Source: Octopus bimaculoides
Lineage: Eukaryota
Length of the DNA stretch: 64,000 nt
Direction: 5' to 3'
Assembly (NCBI RefSeq): GCF_001194135.2
Contig: NC_068981.1
Coordinates: 101,479,440-101,543,439 of the forward strand
How positions within the stretch are numbered: the stretch's first letter is position 1; every line of letters starts with the position of its first letter. Positions 44,830 to 57,684 of the stretch are shown here, piece after piece. The translations under genes were made by a program, and so were the position numbers. The notes under the pieces were generated by a model that was not told the origin of the DNA, searched no databases, and was given only the letters and a program-made list of their open reading frames with translations.

Positions 44830-46390
44830 TTCATATATGTGACACGGCATTCCTTCCACCGATACATTCTTACGAGAGTTCACTGCTGTTACTCTTCCTT
44901 TCCCCCCACCGAGTTGTCCATTGCGCGTCGGGGGGTTTCACCCACACTTCTTCCCCGATTTGAACACTTGCTGACTATTCTTCTTCTCCAAAGAGTCGCG
45001 GTTTCATGCTCGGGTGTCTCCATTCGTACCTAAACACAGCCTTTTGCGGGACCGTCTTCTCAGCCTGTCCTGACCTTGGCGACATATTGTACCAGAATAT
45101 TGCTTCGATGGGAGAAATCTTCCCCCTCTCAGCCATGGCTTTGATTGTGCGATGCTGACGCTCCACAATCCCATTCCTCCTAAGCCTATATGCTGCTCCG
45201 AAGAAACGTCTGGTATTCCATTAGTCGAGCATTTCTTTCAACTGCGCTAAGCGAAACACTGTGCTGTTGTCCATCAACAGCTCATCAACTAGCCCCCCCC
45301 CCACTCTCCAGGAATACTGCATAGAGGACCTCCACAGTTTCAGCCGCAGCTCCTGTCCTCATTTCCCTCCATATTGCCATCCGTCCTGGCACACAGTCAA
45401 CCATTGAGAGGTACTTCCTTCCCCGATAATGAACCATATTCATCGCCAACCTCTTCCAATCTTCTCCAACCTGAATCCTTCCTGTCTCATGCACACTCGG
45501 CGCGGAGTCTATAGACTGGCATCTGTCGCAGCTCCGCATCACTTTCCTTGGTAACATTAGGGCCCACTTTCTTGGCCAGGACAGAGTCATATCTACACCC
45601 ATATAGTGCATGCTGTGCAACCTCAGCTCTGAGCCCGCCAGGCAACACGCTGCAGCCACCACACTCTGTACATCCTCTTCCACCACCAACCAGGGCTTTT
45701 TCACTCTGGTTAGCACATCTGCCTTATTCTTTTCTGAAAGCACAAACACTACCTGTTGTTTCAAGCCAAACTCAGTGGCCAGCTCTCTGAGGATTCCTAA
45801 CCGCCGCTTCCCTATCATTTCTACGCCTCCCTTTGTGCGGACTCTCCTTTGATTGCTGATCACTGATTCCCCCCACCCTCTTACTGTGGCCGAATCAGTT
45901 CGAATTTCCAATTCGTGGAGCTCCCATTTCAGTGCCAAGTTCACGCCCTTTAGTGCGGTATCTAATTCAGCCACATTGATGTGGCTGCAATCATCCTTTT
46001 TTCTGAGCCACGCTGCATCTTCCACTTCTATACACCCCACTTCCAGGATGACTCCTATTGCAATGCTACTTGCATCACACCAAACAACTCCTTTTTTTGT
46101 TTCGGGTACATCCCAGTTGCCCCTCACTGGATCCTCCGCTCTCACTCTCTCCAAAACGTCTTGCATCATGGCAGTTGTCTTCTGCCCTACTTTGTCGCTC
46201 CACTTTACTCCTTTAGCACGCCTCTTGATGAGGCTGCATGCTGTCCAGAGCCATCCCGCAATTGGGTAAGTGTCCCGCCAGCTTTCCACACACCGAGAAG
46301 AGTTCTCGCCTACTCACATCTTTGTTCAGGTCCGGAATCTCATTTCCTTGGCGAAAAACAAGCCTGCCCATTTTGTCGTTTTCAATCTTG
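44830..46390 (-). mobile_element. Ty3/Gypsy-like pol remnant (RT end, RNase H, integrase), frameshifted, no gag or LTR seen
   Basis: RRELFSVCGKL; RNase H CDASS / AELD / TDS; HHCC finger (H..H...CDRC); integrase LMDNSTVF and NGIVERQHRTIK; C-terminal GEEVWVKPPDAQWTTRWGKG; order RH then IN. Confidence 0.85.
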
Positions 46391-47329
46391 ATGACCTTCA
46401 TCAGGTCATCCCAACCCTGAAGCTTCTTGAGCTTGAGATCAACCCGTCCAAGATGGAGATGATAAACTTCAGTTGTGGGGAGGCCGAATTCCTGGACACC
46501 GTACTCAGCAACCATCCCGTCTTGGCTGGAATCAAGACACACCGTCTGCATTCTTGGTTCTCAAATCCTCCCGAAAGCCATTACAGAATGTCTGGAGACC
46601 AAACTTGCGGACTTATCGATAATGATTGAAATATTGCGTTACTTTAACGCGCATCCGGCGCTTTTCCGCTTGAGGATTACTTTGCCATACCTAAGCTCCT
46701 TTTCTAGCTACGTAGTGCGTCATGTCACCCTCTTACAGATCGCCTCAGTGATATCTATGTCGTTATCCGGCACTGTGCTGAACTGATCTGCAATGTCACT
46801 TTTTTGACAGCGCCGGCTGGCAACAGGCTAAGTTACCTGTTGAATTCGGTAGCCTTGGCCTCCGTTTCACATTAGCCCTGACTCTACCAGCCTATCTTTC
46901 CTCAATCTCCTTTAGCTACATCCTCATCGGCAAGGTACTTCGCGGGATGGCTGAACCCGAAGTAGTCAGGAACTAGAATCAGGTCCAGTCGATTGGACCG
47001 TTGAACTGGGATGCGGCATGCTGCGACAAGTTCGCCGGCTTTAACCTCGCTCCAACCTTGCCACAAATCCAGGCATCACCGCCTGTAACGCAGAAGGGAG
47101 AAAAATATACATATACAGGAGCTTAAATAGCCGTTATCAGTTTGTGCCGCTCGCCAACGAGACCTCGGGTGTTCTCGGACCCCGCACTGCCGATTTCCTC
47201 CGCAAAATCGGAATAACTGCGGCCCGTCTGAGAAATGAGCCTCGCGAGGTGGGGTGGCTGCTGCAGTGAACACCACTAGCTATTCTCCGCGGCAACGCCT
47301 TTGCAGTCAAGTCCGCGAGGCGCGACTAA
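46390..47329 (+). mobile_element. CRE-clade (RLE-type) non-LTR retrotransposon 3' remnant
   Basis: Plus-strand motifs LELEINPSKME, LG...ECLETKLADL...AHPALFRL, WQQAKLPVEFGSLGLR (RT/thumb), then WDAACCD and AEGRK..Y..L..RYQFVPLANETSGVLGP...Q*TPLAILRGNA (RLE; AIQRGNA motif); stop at 47327-47329. Confidence 0.8.
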
Positions 47330-47680
47330 ACACGCCATTTGTTCTGGGGTGTACAACCTCTCCATCTTCTGCTGATTAATCCCCTCTTTTTACTTTTTCT
47401 TTGTATCTTTGGTGAGGCAGTAATGGGGTTTTTCCTCGATAATTTGATATTTCATATATTTAATGTTTTTTCTTCTATTAAAAACTAAAAAAAACACGTT
47501 GTTAATAAAAGCAAAGTCTAATATAAAACAAAAATCGAAAAAAAAAAAGATAATTAGACGATTGCCTGACAACCAATTCCTTTCGTCAGCTGTAATTCCA
47601 AGGACAATAATTCTGTTTAACTCAGAATTTCTGGAAGAAGTCTTCAATTTCTATATAATAGAGTTACGTCCCTTACATCT

Positions 47681-47688
47681 ACTTCCGG
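47681..47688 (-). promoter_or_regulatory. ETS/GABP-like motif (CCGGAAGT) 14 nt before the RAB3GAP1 ATG
   Basis: acttccgg on plus; a common housekeeping core-promoter motif; TSS unknown. Confidence 0.4.
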
Positions 47689-47701
47689 TACTACGCCAGC
47701 T

Positions 47702-47716
47702 ATGGCTGCTGACGAT
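47702..47716 (+). CDS. RAB3GAP1: RAB3GAP1 exon 1 coding part
   Basis: ATG GCT GCT GAC GAT|gtaagt; MAADD vs human MAADS. Confidence 0.82.
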
Positions 47717-50700
47717 GTAAGTTATTAATCAATTTCAAACGAATCTATTTCTTTTTATACTTGTTTGAAATTGTTTCTGTGTGAAATATCACCATCTTCC
47801 AGTCGTATATGTCCTTGAACAGTTGATTATTCCTGACAAATTACTTGTCAACTTTCAGTTTATATTAATTTTTCCATTGAAGTTTTGTATTTACAGTTTG
47901 TTTTGCTTAATAAGTTAAATATTTTGTATTTTCGCTTTTGTAACTTTGATACTTAGTAGTATGCCCCTAACAGAAAAAATGTGTATTAACTGATATACCT
48001 TTTGATACTTAGTACTATTTGGTGTGTTTCTCTAAACCAACGAATAGTTTATTTGCTTACTTGCAACTGGAAGTAGGCAGAACGTCAGGCTTGTTCTACA
48101 TTTTGAATTATTTTGTCCGGAACTCTTCGCCTTTTGATATAATCCCAGGTAGATCTTTAATGCACTGCAGGAATATAAACCCAGTACTCATATTATAATC
48201 TCTCGAACCCGCAAGTACGAAAGACTAAGATGACCTTAGCAAGATTTGAAAACAAAGTTAACGAGCTGGATCTAAATACCGCGAGGTATTTTGTACAGCA
48301 CTAAAATAAGTACCAATTGTTAATTGGGGAGTTTATTAAAATTAACACGCAATTATCCTGCGATGATTTTCCTTGTGACTAATTAGAAGAAATCAATACC
48401 ATAACGGCAAATAAGGGATCGATTCTAAACATAATAATGTGAATATACCTAAAAGTAGTACCATTGAAAATAAGCACATTGCCAAATCCTGATATTGATA
48501 ATGTTTAGTGTATGAAGTGAATATATGATGATGTATAAGTTTTTGCGAAACCAATATTTTCATATTTGCCAAAAATATCTTGGTTACTTGCCTGGCAGGT
48601 ACACCTCCAAAATCTGAGTTACTTGTACCTGCCAATCCATTTTATTGACATTGATAGTCATAAAACGCTGGCGAAATATTTCAATTATTGCTCTATGTAT
48701 GTGTTTAATCGAAATTTTGATTGCTGTTTGAAACAAAATATTGTATTTGTTAGCCATTGTCAAGAACACATCACAGCTGATTATTTGACAACTTGACACT
48801 AGCAACAGAGATCTAACTCTCGCCACAATCTCTCTGTTGCTTGTGTAAGAAAGGAATTTTTATTCACCAAACTATATAATTATAAAATAAAATATAAAAG
48901 AATAATAATACATGTGTTAAATTATTGGCAAAGATAACTTTTCCAAAGTACAGAATTTAACTACAATTAAATGTTTAAAAATACGATGATTAAGTCGGAC
49001 ACATGGAAATTCTCCATTTTATAAACATTATTATTTATATTTTGGTTCAAAAATTTATAGATCTTTGTAACATTGTTTAATTATTTTAAAGATTTCAATG
49101 GGTGTCTTCAATTTCATTGAATAGTTAAGGTTGCTGAAGGTATAACACTCAAACATATTGTGACAAGTAGAATACTATTATGGTTATTTAATGTCATTGA
49201 CATTATATAAAATTTGTGCATAGAAATGTGTGATACTGAATCTACATATTACTCATATGTATGCTTTGATCTCAAATGGGTAATAGGCTGGATTTGATTG
49301 GAGACACTAAACTTTATACTATAAATATCTAGACCACCTGTCTATTGTTTCAGACATATCCATCACTTACACACACATTCACAAAGACACAATCTCTCAA
49401 CTTAGTAAATACTTATTATCTAAGATGTTTGATGAAGCAATTTTGTGACCATTTTTTTACAATTTGCCAGTTTACTTCACTTAAGCTGCTATACTCTTGA
49501 GAAAGATATGAGCATTTTGTGAATTAATTTCTACTGTCTATGAATTTGAGGTTTTGTGTTTATATGATAAGAAATATAAGTGTATAATGGAGAAAAATTG
49601 TAGGGACAGTGTCTAGCGTAAGCTCTAGTATGGGTTCATGCAAGAATTTAAACTAACACCCAATGGAATTAATGTGATAATAGTAGCCTAACTCTATTTT
49701 GTGGCCACTGAATACTTTTGATATTATTTGTATACCTGCTTTGATACATAGACAAAGCCAACATGATCACCCCTCACCCTCCAATATATTTAAATAATGA
49801 TGAATTAAGTCTTGCCTGTTATACTCTTAGGTGACATTTGTATGTATATAATCATACTTGATTTCTTATTTCTTTATTGCCCACAAGGGGACAAACAAAG
49901 GCAGACAAAGGGATTAAGTTGATTACATCGACACCAGTGCATAACTGGTACTTAATTTATTGACCCCAAAAGGATGAAAGGCAAAGTCGACCTTGGCGGA
50001 ATTTGAACTTAGAACGTAAAGATAGACGAAATACCACTAAGCATTTCGTCTGGCGTGCTAATGTTTCTGCCAGCTCGCCACCTTTTACAGAAATCATACT
50101 TGATTTCTGTAACCCTTTAGCATTTAAACTGGTATATCTATCCCAAATATTCAACCTGTCTTAGGTTCAAATTGGCCATACCTACCCTACAATCACATTC
50201 TAAAAATATACTGTCAGATCATTGAAGTCTTGAAGCAACGAGACAATGCTCATTGATTTAAAACAATGTGAATTAATAAGCATTACATTTGATAGAATAA
50301 TCTAAAAGCTTAAAGGGTTAATCTCAGAATAAATTTGTACTTCTGGTCTTGTATAGTTAAATGTATGAGTGTTTATATAAAATGTGAGTCTTAGGACACT
50401 GTTTATATTAAATATGACAATGTTCTTAAAAATCACCTTAAAACTGACACTCAGCTTTAGAACAATTAGAATAAACTTTTTATTTCTACTGTGTTTTTTT
50501 TCACTCTATCATAAAAGTCTGGTTGCAAACATTACTTTATTCAAACATGTGACATTTTGAAGTAATATGCAATATAGAATGGTATGCTACTTGTCTCTTT
50601 TATTTGATTCACATACTGTTTTGTTAATTTTCTTTTAGGATGCAGATGTCTTTGAAATTACAGATTTTACAACTGCTTCAGACTGGGAAAGGTTTGTATT

Positions 50701-53700
50701 CACTGTTATTTACATATTAAAGAAAGAGAAGACAGTAATTATGAAAATCTAGATTAGAAATTTTCAAAGAAATTCATAATAGATATTAGATTTCAGGTTT
50801 TAAAAAAATCTGTAAATTATGATGGTCCATTTCTAGAAGTTATATACCCTTAATTTGTGCTAATGACAAACATCCATATGGCACCTGTGGAAGTATGCTC
50901 ATGGTTGTTTCTGGTGTAATGTAAATGGTGTTGTGTGAATGGCACCCTTGAGATCATAGTCATGACCATTGTCAGTGACATGTACAAGCACCCATTACAC
51001 TCTTGGAGTGGTTGGCATTAGGAAGGTCATCCAACCGTAGAAACCATGCCAAATCAGACTGGAACCTGGTGCAGCTCCCTATCTTATCAGTTCCAGTCAA
51101 ACTGTTTAACTCATGTTAATTTTGGTTAAACAGTTTTAAACCTGTTGCTATTTTCTAACTTGATATACTTAAACAAATGGAATCAGCTGCCTTTCCGGAG
51201 AGGATATGGGATTTCATTTTTCCACTTTTAGATAATTTTACTAACAGTGAATGTTATTCTTGTTTAGGTTTATAGCACGGCTCGAAGAAATTTTACATGA
51301 ATGGAGATTGGTTAATTTACCAGCATTGCCTCCTGTTGCAAAGGTAAACTGAGAAAATTCATTAATTATTTTTGTCTGTATTTATTCTGTGAATCAGTGC
51401 ATTATATTCCAGGGTGGCTAGACTTATTGCTCTTTAGCTCCAAGTCAGCTCAAATTATGATCAAGGTGCTCCACCTATGATCATATTTTAGTCTACATTT
51501 TTCAATATTTCCTTCTTTTTAAAGGTTGTTGGGTGGATTTGGTTGCTATTTCTAACATGATGAGTGACTGCATATAAGATCGTTTGTTGGCATGGCTGAA
51601 AGGTCGCCAATTGTGCTGTGTCCATTTAATAAAAAAATTTACTTTCTAGTTAGTTACAGGAGGAAGTGCAATGCCCATGAGCATTTCTGTGTTTTTGATG
51701 TTGTTGATGTGAATTTCATCTAAGTTGAAGTATGTAAGGAAAATGAGGGTTGCAGCTCTAGCAAGAGTGTGTTTAATATGGACTTGGTTGGTATGATGCG
51801 AGTCAGGCTTATTGCATAGGTCTCAGAGAAAGTGCTACTTATATGGTGGCTAGTCCATCTGAATTAGAAAATCCCTACTCTTATTGGTTCACTTCATGGA
51901 ATTGCTGATAGGTAGGTGTCACTAACATGAAAAATCTGCTTATTGCTATAAACTGTTGTTCTGTTTCCCTAGCTTGCAACCTTGAGTTTCAGTCTTTCTA
52001 TAGTTATATTTTGAAGACAAGTGAGTGTCATGAAGATTACTTGCTGTATATAGATTAAGTTAAAATGGTCTTCACTGCTGTTCCAATGAACTAATGATAT
52101 GAGACTCAACATCTTTACCATATATTAGTATATGTGTGAGCTAATAATTTCTCCTCAAATCTTAGCTTACTAAATTAATCCTTTGCCTGTCCTGTATATA
52201 TGTGATACACAAGGCATATTTCCGTGACATCCATAAATCATATATGATTCACATTCCCAATTTTTTTCAACCACCTGAGTATCTTGGGACTTATGAAAGG
52301 AAAGCTTTTTATTACTCAGAACAAATGAAATAAGGTCTGCCTAAAAATCTGAAAACAAGCTTCAACATTTAAAGCAAACTTATGAAAATACTTTGGACAG
52401 GCAAATAGTTAAATAAGAAAAGAATGCTTTAGATAATGTAATTCTATATAGTCTTGAAATGCTGGTTATCATTTGTCATTGTGCTGTTCAATAAAGGTTG
52501 ATATGAGGATAAATAACTTGTGTATATGTGTGTGTATGATTACATAAATATACTCTTTTCCATTGTTTACTGATAATGTATGAAATATTTTTGTTAGGGG
52601 GAATTCACATCAGAGACATGGGAAGAGCGAACAGATGAACTTCAGTTTTCAGATGTCAAGTTTGATTTGACATACCACTATTTAAAATCAGCAGAGACAA
52701 CCCTTGCTGAGAAAACACGTGAACAAGAAGAGCAAGATGACACCAAAAATGAAGGTAACTTGTTTTCTTTTGCTTTGTATTTCAGATTTTTTTCTTTCAT
52801 TTTCAACCTCTCTTTCTGACTGTTTAAGAATAAATTTGGACACGCATTGGACTTAAAACAGATAGTTATAAGTTCCAATTTGTTTTTGAAATTGGTATAT
52901 TAGAAGATACGGCAGTGTGCTTATGACCCATTAAAACGCCTTGGAGACTGATAAGGAAGGAGGAAGCTATACTCTAACCAGAGACCTTTGTATGAATACT
53001 TACAATAGAGTAGACTCGGCTCAAGGTAGTGAAGGACCAAATGATGATGTTAAACTTGACAATAGATTAAGCCCACCACCCAAGCAGGCCACAGCAAAAT
53101 TTGGACATAGAATGCAATGAACAGGAACAAATACAGCATGACATCCTGTCTGATGCTTTAGCTATTTCTCCTCCAGTTCCCTACCCATACTTGGTATTTT
53201 ATTTATTGATGCTGTATGGATGAAATGCAAAGCCAACTGAAGCTAAGTACTGTAAGCAGTAGATAATAGTAGATACCTCTTCACTCATATAAACAGTGGT
53301 ATCACTGTTGAGTTTATGAATTCATATACATACTTACCTTCTTCAGAGAGAGATTTATCTCACACCTGCTTAAAACTGAAGCTAAGTAGTGTCCTTAGGT
53401 GGGTGTTGGAAAAGGATTAGTTTTTTTTGGCTTGTAAATTTCAGAAGTGAATTGAATATCTCAAGGGTTGTTTTTTAACCCTCTGTCTATTAAATAAACT
53501 TCTGATCAAAAGCATTCCAGGTTTGACCATCCTGTCTTTCCTTCTGAGCTAGAAACCCAGGACCACATTATCCAAAGCATTCCTGTTAAGATAGATTTGA
53601 ATTAAGGATGAGTTGGCTGTTGTTTCTAGTAGGTTGAGTGACCATGTAGAAACTCCTATCAATTGTTTAATTGGTAGGTCAACTCCTTGTGACTAAAAAA

Positions 53701-56700
53701 ATATAAAACCGAGGTTTGGACTTAGCTAGTTCAAATGATTATGATGTAGACAAGATTATAGCAATGTGTAAAGGCTCTGAATTAAAAAATAGAAAACATT
53801 TATTAACATTATTTATTTAGGTTTGAAAGCACTGAGCTTAGCAACATTTCTTCTGGCATTTTGTTATGAGTTCAAATTCTGCTGACATCACCTTTGCCTT
53901 CCATCCTTTTGGGGTCAATAAAATAGGTACCAGCTGAGTACTGAGGTTCATGTAATCAACTATCCCCACTCGTTTTGTTTTTTCAAGTAGTGTAACTATT
54001 AGTGCCATTTATTACTATTCAGATGCATCGTTCTCTATAATTTTAAGTTGTCCGTATCAGTTAAAATCACATGTCCTGCACCAGATGCAGAAGCATTAAT
54101 TACATTATTTTAGACAACTAACTTCTCGTATAAAATTTAGTTTTTGTGTGCTTGCTCTTTAATTTGTATGGTAGTTGTGAAATGTGTGTATGTATGCGCA
54201 AGATGTGATTGTTTATTTTTAGAATAGCATTATAGACTAGCTGTGAGAGTCCAGATCTGGCCAGTTTGAACATAAGTCTATGGATTATTTGGGCTGGATA
54301 TGGGTGGTTTAAATGCTAAAGCGTTATATAACTCCTACATATTCTTAAAAATTCATTTCTAATGGATGATATAAAGCTGAATTACTATATAACTAATATA
54401 AAGCTATATTCCTATATAACCTTCCTTTGACAGATGCCACTCCTACTGTATTTGAAGACATGATGTCAATGGACAATGACTTCCCATCACGTGCCCATTG
54501 TCTTTGCAGATGGTTTGTAATCACTATTTTATATTTATATTAATATTTTTGCAATCATGTCTTAAATCAGTTCATCTATTGTTTATTTATTTCCCTGCTT
54601 TTCAACAACATACCATCAGTTAGAAAAATAGTAAAAGAAAACAAAAAAACAAGGTTTTACCTACAAAATTCTTGATTGCTTTTCAAAATTACTCATTTAA
54701 AACAAAATGAAATTATATAATGTATTTAAATGTAGAATTGAATATATTTCTTTATGAGCAAAATTTAAAACTCAATATTTCTGACAAGATTATCATGTAG
54801 TCTTTTTAATCCTTTAAATCAAACTGTAAGCAAGCTTTGTCAGTAACTTAGAATGTGTGCTGTGGACAAAATGCCTTGCAGTATTTCATTAATCCCTTTG
54901 TCTTGTGAGTTCCAATCTTGCAAGTGTTGATTTTGCCTTTCATCCTTCTGGGGTTGAAAAATTAAGTACTACCAGTCAAATACAGAAGTAACTTTAATGA
55001 ATTTTGCTCTTCCTTCAAAATTTATTACCTTAGTGTAAGTTGGAGATCAGCAATGCAGATCAAATAATAATCTTCACAGATAATTATGATGGCCATTTAG
55101 GAAAATGGAACATTTTCATTCAGTTGAAATGATGATACATTTGAGAGAAATTTGAAAAATTGTACTGTTTAAGAAATTGCTATATCAAAGAGTTGTTTTG
55201 ATGACTGGAGATTTTTCAAGCAGAAACTTTGCAAGCTGGTAGAAACGTTAGCATGCCAGGCGAAATGCTTAGAGAGATTTCGTCTGCCGTTACGTTCTGA
55301 GTTCAAATTTCACCGAGGTCGACTTTGCCTTTTATCCTTTCAGGGTCGATAAATAAAGTACCTGTTACACATTGGGGTCGAGTTAATCGACTTAATCCCT
55401 TTGTCTGTCCTTGTTTGTCCCCTCTATGTTTAGCCCCTTGTGGGCAATAAAGAAATAAGAAACTTTGTTATCAATATCATATTCGTTCAGGGACATTTTT
55501 TAGAGTGTTGTGTTTCTTCATACCAGAAATGTTCTTAGAAGAATTCTTAATTTTGTTTAATCCTGATTGAGCAAATTCTTGATTTAAGGTATTCCATCTC
55601 TGACCATCATGCATTTTTATTCTTTACATCTGGCATGTTGAGTGCCTTTAACAGAGTTCACTCAGTTGCAAGCATTTGAACTAGGTTTCCAGTTTGAGGA
55701 TACCTTCCTCCCTCCCTTCCATCAGTTTTGAGGATGCTGTAAAGAATCATGGGTACTGACTTACCCCTGACTAAAAAAATAATTAAAAAGAAAGACAGAC
55801 ATAGTATCCTCCAAACTACATTATCTAATGTGTCTTTCCTTTTTTAAAGACAATATTGTGTGAGTTTAGGAAGAATTAACTGCTGATTCTAGAAGGTTAA
55901 GCAGCTATGTAGAAGCTCCCTTACTGGTTTGATTTCATCTACATGTTATTATATTCAAATGTCTGTCTTAACCTAAATACTTTATTTATTGCATTCGATT
56001 ATTTATTTGTTGATCTCCATAAGAATTTATGAACTTTTAAGAGAATATGAAATAATTCTTTTTTTTTGGCATAGTGGATCTTGAAGCATATAAGCTATAA
56101 ATAATAGCATGTACATATTGAGTTGAAAAACTATTTTGGATAGAAAAAGTCAATGGTAGCCTTGGACTTTTATCTAAAAGGATTTTTCGACCAATTATTA
56201 GCATACCATTTTTTTGTAACATATGTGCTTCGAGATTCACTATTTCAAAAAAGTGTTGTTTATATATGCATTTATTACATTTAGTTATATATTACTTATT
56301 GCATTCAGCTATATATTATTTAGTGCATTCAATTAATGTTGACTGTAAGTTCACAAATAAGTACATATATTTTTTATGTGTTTGTTTGAATTTGGTTTTT
56401 GTCAGTCTTTTGATATTTCTTTCAGGTATGGTCTTCGCAGCTTCATTGTTCTCTCCCCAAAGTCTACTGCTGATATAATTGATATTGAAAGTCGTGCCAA
56501 GCTGTTACTCAGTTCTGTAAACATTGCTCTCGGAAACACTGGTTGGTAAGTTAAAGTGTAAACTTGCCAGTTAAGAAAAGGCAAGATCTATGAAATCTAT
56601 ATTTTTATATGGAAAAGTAATTACTGCTGTTGTCATCATTGTCATTATCATTTGATACTGTTTTTGATGTCTTCATCTGTATTTTCATAATCATCCATTT

Positions 56701-57646
56701 TCATATTTGCATGCATTCTGTAGTGCTGCATTCTTATATATACTCATCCCACCACTCATATACAAATTATATATTTTTTGCATTGCCAGCATGGAAAAAG
56801 GCTGTCAAGTAACGATTATAATGATATGTACTGTATATATTCCATCATTTAATGTCCACTTTTCTGTGCTTTCTTGGGCCAGATAGAATTTGTTGAGGCA
56901 GATTTCTATGTCCAGATGCCCTTCCTGTCATCAGTCTTTACCTGTTTCTAAGGAAGGTAATATTTCCCCATACTTTGACATGCTTTTTACAGAAGACTGG
57001 AAATGAACATGTTACTTGTATGACAATGATGCTCATTTACAACCAGCACATGATGTCTAGACATGAGTATACACGCATACACACACACACACACATTTAA
57101 ATATTAGGAAGCTTAGCTGTGAGTAAAAATGTAAATATGTAAACACATAACTTCTATGCTTTTGGTTTGTGGGGAAAAAGATGGGAGTCTCCTGATGTAT
57201 TGTTTCATGGTTTGTTGATTATTCTGAGAGAAGGTATGTCCAGTTTTCTTACCTAGTCAATAGGGTAGAATATTCAGCCTTAAGCTATCACCTTTGTGGA
57301 TAGCTTAATCAGAAACACTGATTTGGGAAAGAAACAGTGCATATTCTCTGAGGAGCAGTTAACAAACTGTTGAGATTCTTCAATTTTTTCCATGTGTCAA
57401 AAGCATAGAAGGAATGTGTTCTTAATTCTTTCACAGCTAGGTTATGTAATATTTAAATTTATTTCAGTCCTTCTGATTCATGCTGTTTTGTACATAAAAT
57501 ATATATTGCTTAATTACTAATGGGCTTTCAAAACTACAAATATTGAAATTAAGCTATCCAGTATGGTGATAGCCTAATTTATGACTGCTTTATGAAGTAG
57601 CTAAATATTCTATGCATCTTACGCATTAGTATTGTTGTTAGAATTA

Positions 57647-57684
<38 letters not shown>

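Noticed and set aside
46400-47070. Gag/protease of the Gypsy element on minus (the ORF track joins 46213-46551)
   Set aside because: The plus strand carries clear CRE RT/RLE motifs; the minus ORF is a chance fusion across the ~46390 junction.
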